Assembly: GCA_902481695.1 (NCBI GenBank)
Contig: CABSXY010000001.1
Coordinates: 1-38,103, forward strand
DNA length: 38,103 bases
Reading direction: 5' to 3'
From: an uncultured Haemophilus sp.
Lineage (GTDB): Bacteria; Pseudomonadota; Gammaproteobacteria; Enterobacterales; Pasteurellaceae
Shown here: in pieces, positions 34,378-38,103 of the stretch
Layout of the letters: the number at the start of each line of letters is the position of its first letter
Numbering within the stretch: the stretch's first letter is position 1
The notes under the pieces: generated by a model
Databases searched by the model: none
What the model was told of the DNA's origin: nothing
What the model saw: only the letters and a program-made list of their open reading frames with translations
Made by a program: the position numbers and the translations under genes

Positions 34378-36663
34378 ATGAACCATATCTTTAAAATTAT
34401 TTGGAACACTGTAAGCCAATGTTGGATTGCTGTTTCAGAACTAAGCAAATCTGTTGGTAAATCATCTCAAACAGACAAACGTAAAACATTAACTGTAGTT
34501 ATTGGTACTGCAGTTTTAGAAGGTGTCAGTACAAGCGCAATGGCTGAAACCAATGTTGTATTAAATAATGATGGAAATATTGTTGGTGGTACTGATGTTA
34601 GTGCTGTTGCCGGAGTTGGTACCACCGGAGATTCGGTTGTTTTAGGTAAAAAAGCAAAATCAGAAGCAGTGGACAGTATAGTTATTGGTAATAACGTAAC
34701 AAATAAAGCTCGTTGGTCAATAACGTTAGGAAATAATGCAACAAGTCAATCTGGATATGGTGTAACCCTTGGTGAATATGCATCAAGCGGTAAAGGCTCA
34801 AATGCAGTTGCTATCGGAACAATGGCAAAAACCTCTAATGAGAGAGAAGGTGGAAACAGCCAAACAGCAGTGGGAGCAGCATCTTATGCAGAAAGTGAGG
34901 CAGCTTCAGCCTTTGGTGCTAATGCCAAAGCAACGGGTGCGCTATCTACAGCTATTGGTACTTCAGCTAAGGCTACAGAAAAAAGTGCTTCTGCTTTTGG
35001 TGATAGTGCATCAGCTTCATCATGGGGCGCAACAGCATTAGGTGTAGGAGCATCGGCTAGAGCAGATAATTCTATTGCTGTGGGCTCAGCTGCAGTAACC
35101 GAAGGACGAGAATCTACAGCATTAGGACGTCGTTCTTATGCGGGCGCTCAAAGTGCGACGGCACTAGGTACTTTAGCTAATGCAAGTGCAATTGTTTCGA
35201 CTGCTGTAGGTAACGATGCGAAAGCAAGTGCTATTCAGGCTTCAGCATTAGGTAATGGCGCAGAGGCTAGTGGCGGAAGCTCAATGGCTTTAGGTGCTAA
35301 AGCAAGGGCCTCCGGTAGTGATGCATTGGCATCTGGATCTAATGCGAGTGCTTCATCAGATAATGCAATTGCTATTGGTAAAGATAGCCAGTCTTCGGCC
35401 ATTAATGCTATCGCTATGGGGGAATTAAGTAATGCCTCTGCAGTTAGCGCTATTGTGATTGGTACACAAGCAAAAGGTACGCATGAAAACTCTGTAACAT
35501 TAGGTTCTTATTCAAGTAGTGCAGCCAATAATTTTGATCAGACAGCAAAAGCCTTATCTTCTTTTGACGATAAGGCGACAGGTACAACAGTTAATTACAA
35601 TGGTACTTCTTCAACTCAAAAAGGCGCAATATCTGTCGGTGATGGAACACTTGTTCGCCAGATCCAAAATGTGGGGGCTGGCCGAATTACAGCTGAATCA
35701 AACGACGCAGTAAATGGTAGTCAGTTATATAAAGCTTATTACAATGCAGGTTTTAACATTCAAAACAATGGTACTGAAACATCGCGTATTAATACCCATG
35801 GTAAAGTTAATTTTGTGAATGGTGAAAATACCGAAGTCGTTGTAAAAGATGGTGAGAATGCAGCAGAAATTAAAGTGAATGCAAAAGATACCTCAGCATC
35901 AGTTGAAGCAGGCTCTGATGCAATTACAGTAACAGTAGGTGGAGAAACGACTAAAAAAGATGGTCTTTCTGTTACCACTGTAACCAATTATAAAGTGGAT
36001 CTTTCACAAAAAACTAAAGATGAAATTAAAAATGCAGCGGGTCGTGGATTTAACGTAACTGCAAGTGCATCTGAAGGTACTGTTGTAAATGAAGTAACAG
36101 AAGAAACGGTTCAATCTACTGCAACAAAAATGGATAAGTTAACACTTGATGCAGGTAAAAACATTAAATTAACCCACAAAAAAGGCAAAGTGTTAAGTGT
36201 TGCAGTATCGGATACGCCAACATTTACCAATGTCACAACAACGGGGGATATCAATGTAGGCGGTACAATCCATGCACATGGTGGCTTGGATGTTCACAAC
36301 AATCGTATTGTGAATGTGGCAGATCCGAAAGACCCAACTGATGCAGTAAATAAACGTTATGTTGATAATGCAGTGAAAAACATTAATAACAACATCAATC
36401 GTTTAGATAATAAAATTGATCACGTTGATCGTCGATTACGTGCAGGTATCGCAGGTGCGACAGCGATTTCTTTCTTACAACGTCCAAATGAAGCAGGTAA
36501 AAGCTTAGTTTCTGTTGGTGTTGGTGGTTATCGCAATGAAAATGCATTAGCGGTTGGTTATGGTCGAAATTCTGATAACAACAAAATTTCGATTAAAGTT
36601 GGTGCAAGTATCAATACCCGCAGTGATGTAAACTGGGGCGGAAGCATCGGTTACCAATGGTAA
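34378..36663 (+). CDS. Trimeric autotransporter adhesin (YadA/Hia/EmaA-type), 761 aa
   Basis: Extended signal peptide MNHIFKIIWN...VSEL; about 20 14-residue head repeats (xAxGxxAxA); necks RQIQNVGAG..DAVN and NVADP..DAVN; anchor AGIAGA...GYQW. Confidence 0.95.
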   Translation: MNHIFKIIWNTVSQCWIAVSELSKSVGKSSQTDKRKTLTVVIGTAVLEGVSTSAMAETNVVLNNDGNIVGGTDVSAVAGVGTTGDSVVLGKKAKSEAVDSIVIGNNVTNKARWSITLGNNATSQSGYGVTLGEYASSGKGSNAVAIGTMAKTSNEREGGNSQTAVGAASYAESEAASAFGANAKATGALSTAIGTSAKATEKSASAFGDSASASSWGATALGVGASARADNSIAVGSAAVTEGRESTALGRRSYAGAQSATALGTLANASAIVSTAVGNDAKASAIQASALGNGAEASGGSSMALGAKARASGSDALASGSNASASSDNAIAIGKDSQSSAINAIAMGELSNASAVSAIVIGTQAKGTHENSVTLGSYSSSAANNFDQTAKALSSFDDKATGTTVNYNGTSSTQKGAISVGDGTLVRQIQNVGAGRITAESNDAVNGSQLYKAYYNAGFNIQNNGTETSRINTHGKVNFVNGENTEVVVKDGENAAEIKVNAKDTSASVEAGSDAITVTVGGETTKKDGLSVTTVTNYKVDLSQKTKDEIKNAAGRGFNVTASASEGTVVNEVTEETVQSTATKMDKLTLDAGKNIKLTHKKGKVLSVAVSDTPTFTNVTTTGDINVGGTIHAHGGLDVHNNRIVNVADPKDPTDAVNKRYVDNAVKNINNNINRLDNKIDHVDRRLRAGIAGATAISFLQRPNEAGKSLVSVGVGGYRNENALAVGYGRNSDNNKISIKVGASINTRSDVNWGGSIGYQW

Positions 36664-36673
36664 TTGTTTGATA

Positions 36674-36752
36674 AAAAGGCAGAGTAAAATCTGCCTTTTA
36701 TTTTGATATGATTTAATAAAAAAAGTGCGGTCAAATTTAACCGCACTTTTTA
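36674..36752. terminator. Two tandem hairpins between the adhesin gene and aspC
   Basis: AAAAGGCAGA/TCTGCCTTTT (36674-36699) and an inverted USS pair (36723-36748). Confidence 0.85.
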
Positions 36753-36762
36753 TTTTTATTGA

Positions 36763-37953
36763 TTAAAGCACTTTAACGATGCTTTCACATAAATAACGAA
36801 TATTGTCTTCAGTAATACCAGCCACATTGATACGACCAGAACGAACAGCATAAATCGCAAATTCTTCTTTTAAGCGATCCACTTGTTCAGGTGATAAGCC
36901 GCTGAAAGAGAACATACCGTTTTGTTCCATGATAAAGCTGAAATCTTGTTCTGCACCATATTCTTTTAATAACTGAACGAATAAATGACGCATTTTTTTG
37001 ATGCGATCACGCATTTCAGTTAATTCATTTTCCCATTCTTGACGAAGTTGTGGATCATTTAACACCGTTGCTACGGTCGCCCCACCGTGAGATGCTGGGT
37101 TAGAGTAGAGGGTACGAATAATTGATTTCACCTGTGTTAATGCAGTTGAAGCAATTTCTGCATTTTCAGCCACAAGGGTAAAGGCACCTACACGCTCATT
37201 GTATAAACCAAAGTTTTTAGAGAATGAACTCGCCACTAATAATTCTTTATGATTTGCTGCAAATGCACGTAAACCGTAAGCATCCTGGTCTAAGCCATTG
37301 GCTAAACCTTGATAAGCAAAGTCAAAGAGTGGTAACCAGCCGTTTTTTGCTGAAAGTGCAGCTAATTCTTGCCATTGTTCAGGGGTTGGGTCAATACCAG
37401 TTGGGTTGTGGCAGCAACCGTGTAAAAGCACCACATCACCTTCGCTTGCTTGGTTTAAATCTTCAAGTAAATGTTCCCAGTCAAGGGCTTTGCGTTCAGC
37501 ATCATAATAACGATATTCACGAATCGTCATGCCTACCGCATTGAAAATGGCATTGTGGTTAGGCCATGTTGGCGTACTAATCCACACATTTTGAGCTTTG
37601 GTTTGGCGTTTGATGAACTCCGCAGCAATACGTAATGCACCTGTACCGCCTAAGCTTTGTACCGTTCTTGCTCGATTTGCTTTAATGACTTCTGAATCTT
37701 TACCGAAAAGGAGTTCTTTTGTGCGTTCGTTATAATCGGCAATACCATCGATAGTCAGATAGTTTTTCGTTTTTTCGTTATCAAATAAGCGTTTTTCGGC
37801 TTCTTTTACCGCACGCATAATTGGCGTTGTACCTTGTGCATCTTTATAAACGCCAATACCTAAATTGATTTTATTTTCACGGGTTTCAGATTTGAATGCT
37901 TCGCCTAAGCCTAAGATAGGATCGGCCGGAGCCGCTTTGATATGTTCAAACAT
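36763..37953 (-). CDS. aspC: Aspartate aminotransferase
   Basis: [44 protein letters not shown]. Confidence 0.96.
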   Translation of the reverse strand: MFEHIKAAPADPILGLGEAFKSETRENKINLGIGVYKDAQGTTPIMRAVKEAEKRLFDNEKTKNYLTIDGIADYNERTKELLFGKDSEVIKANRARTVQSLGGTGALRIAAEFIKRQTKAQNVWISTPTWPNHNAIFNAVGMTIREYRYYDAERKALDWEHLLEDLNQASEGDVVLLHGCCHNPTGIDPTPEQWQELAALSAKNGWLPLFDFAYQGLANGLDQDAYGLRAFAANHKELLVASSFSKNFGLYNERVGAFTLVAENAEIASTALTQVKSIIRTLYSNPASHGGATVATVLNDPQLRQEWENELTEMRDRIKKMRHLFVQLLKEYGAEQDFSFIMEQNGMFSFSGLSPEQVDRLKEEFAIYAVRSGRINVAGITEDNIRYLCESIVKVL

Positions 37954-38036
37954 AGCTTTTCCTTATGTATGTGTTGTGAGATGAGTAATCTTATACTTCA
38001 GTCAATGGATTTTATCAAGAAGAACCTAATAAAAAT

Positions 38037-38088
38037 CAACCGCACTTTGATGTTTTTAGATATTCATCAAAAAGTGCGGTTGTTTTTT
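38037..38088. repeat. Inverted USS pair forming a long hairpin, probably a terminator for a gene outside the window
   Basis: CAACCGCACTTTGATG ... CATCAAAAAGTGCGGTTG. Confidence 0.7.
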
Positions 38089-38103
38089 CGATTATTTTAA
38101 TTT

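Noticed and set aside
34640..35520. 42-bp periodicity in the adhesin gene as a DNA repeat array
   Set aside because: It is explained by degenerate 14-residue head repeats at the protein level; the nucleotide copies are not identical.

Overview
A 38 kb, mostly core-genome chromosomal segment from a Pasteurellaceae bacterium, probably Haemophilus parainfluenzae-like. That call is inferred from at least 29 perfect Hin-type uptake sequences (AAGTGCGGT) and from gene content. Gene order: sohB (3' part), a BamE/OmpA-domain lipoprotein, a fructosamine-kinase-like gene, pheST-ihfA-nlpC, metF, rplM-rpsI, sspAB, a frameshifted membrane-protein gene, a contiguous trp operon (trpE-trpG-tautomerase-trpD-trpCF-SDR-trpB-trpA), azoR, thrS, an AT-rich HEPN-like orphan, a yeaD-like mutarotase, infC-rpmI-rplT, xseB-ispA-dxs, thiI, yvcK, moaACDE with a Moco RNA leader, a trimeric autotransporter adhesin and aspC. 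I saw no rRNA, tRNA, CRISPR array, IS element or prophage. The best candidates for new biology are: (i) the stand-alone HEPN-like gene after thrS, (ii) an unannotated sRNA-like unit between rplT and dxs, (iii) a two-repeat membrane protein split at a T8 tract, and (iv) two possible pseudo-enzymes (an HGN kinase and a tautomerase without Pro1). Several regulatory elements can be read directly from the sequence. All assignments come from visual motif recognition; no database searches were run.
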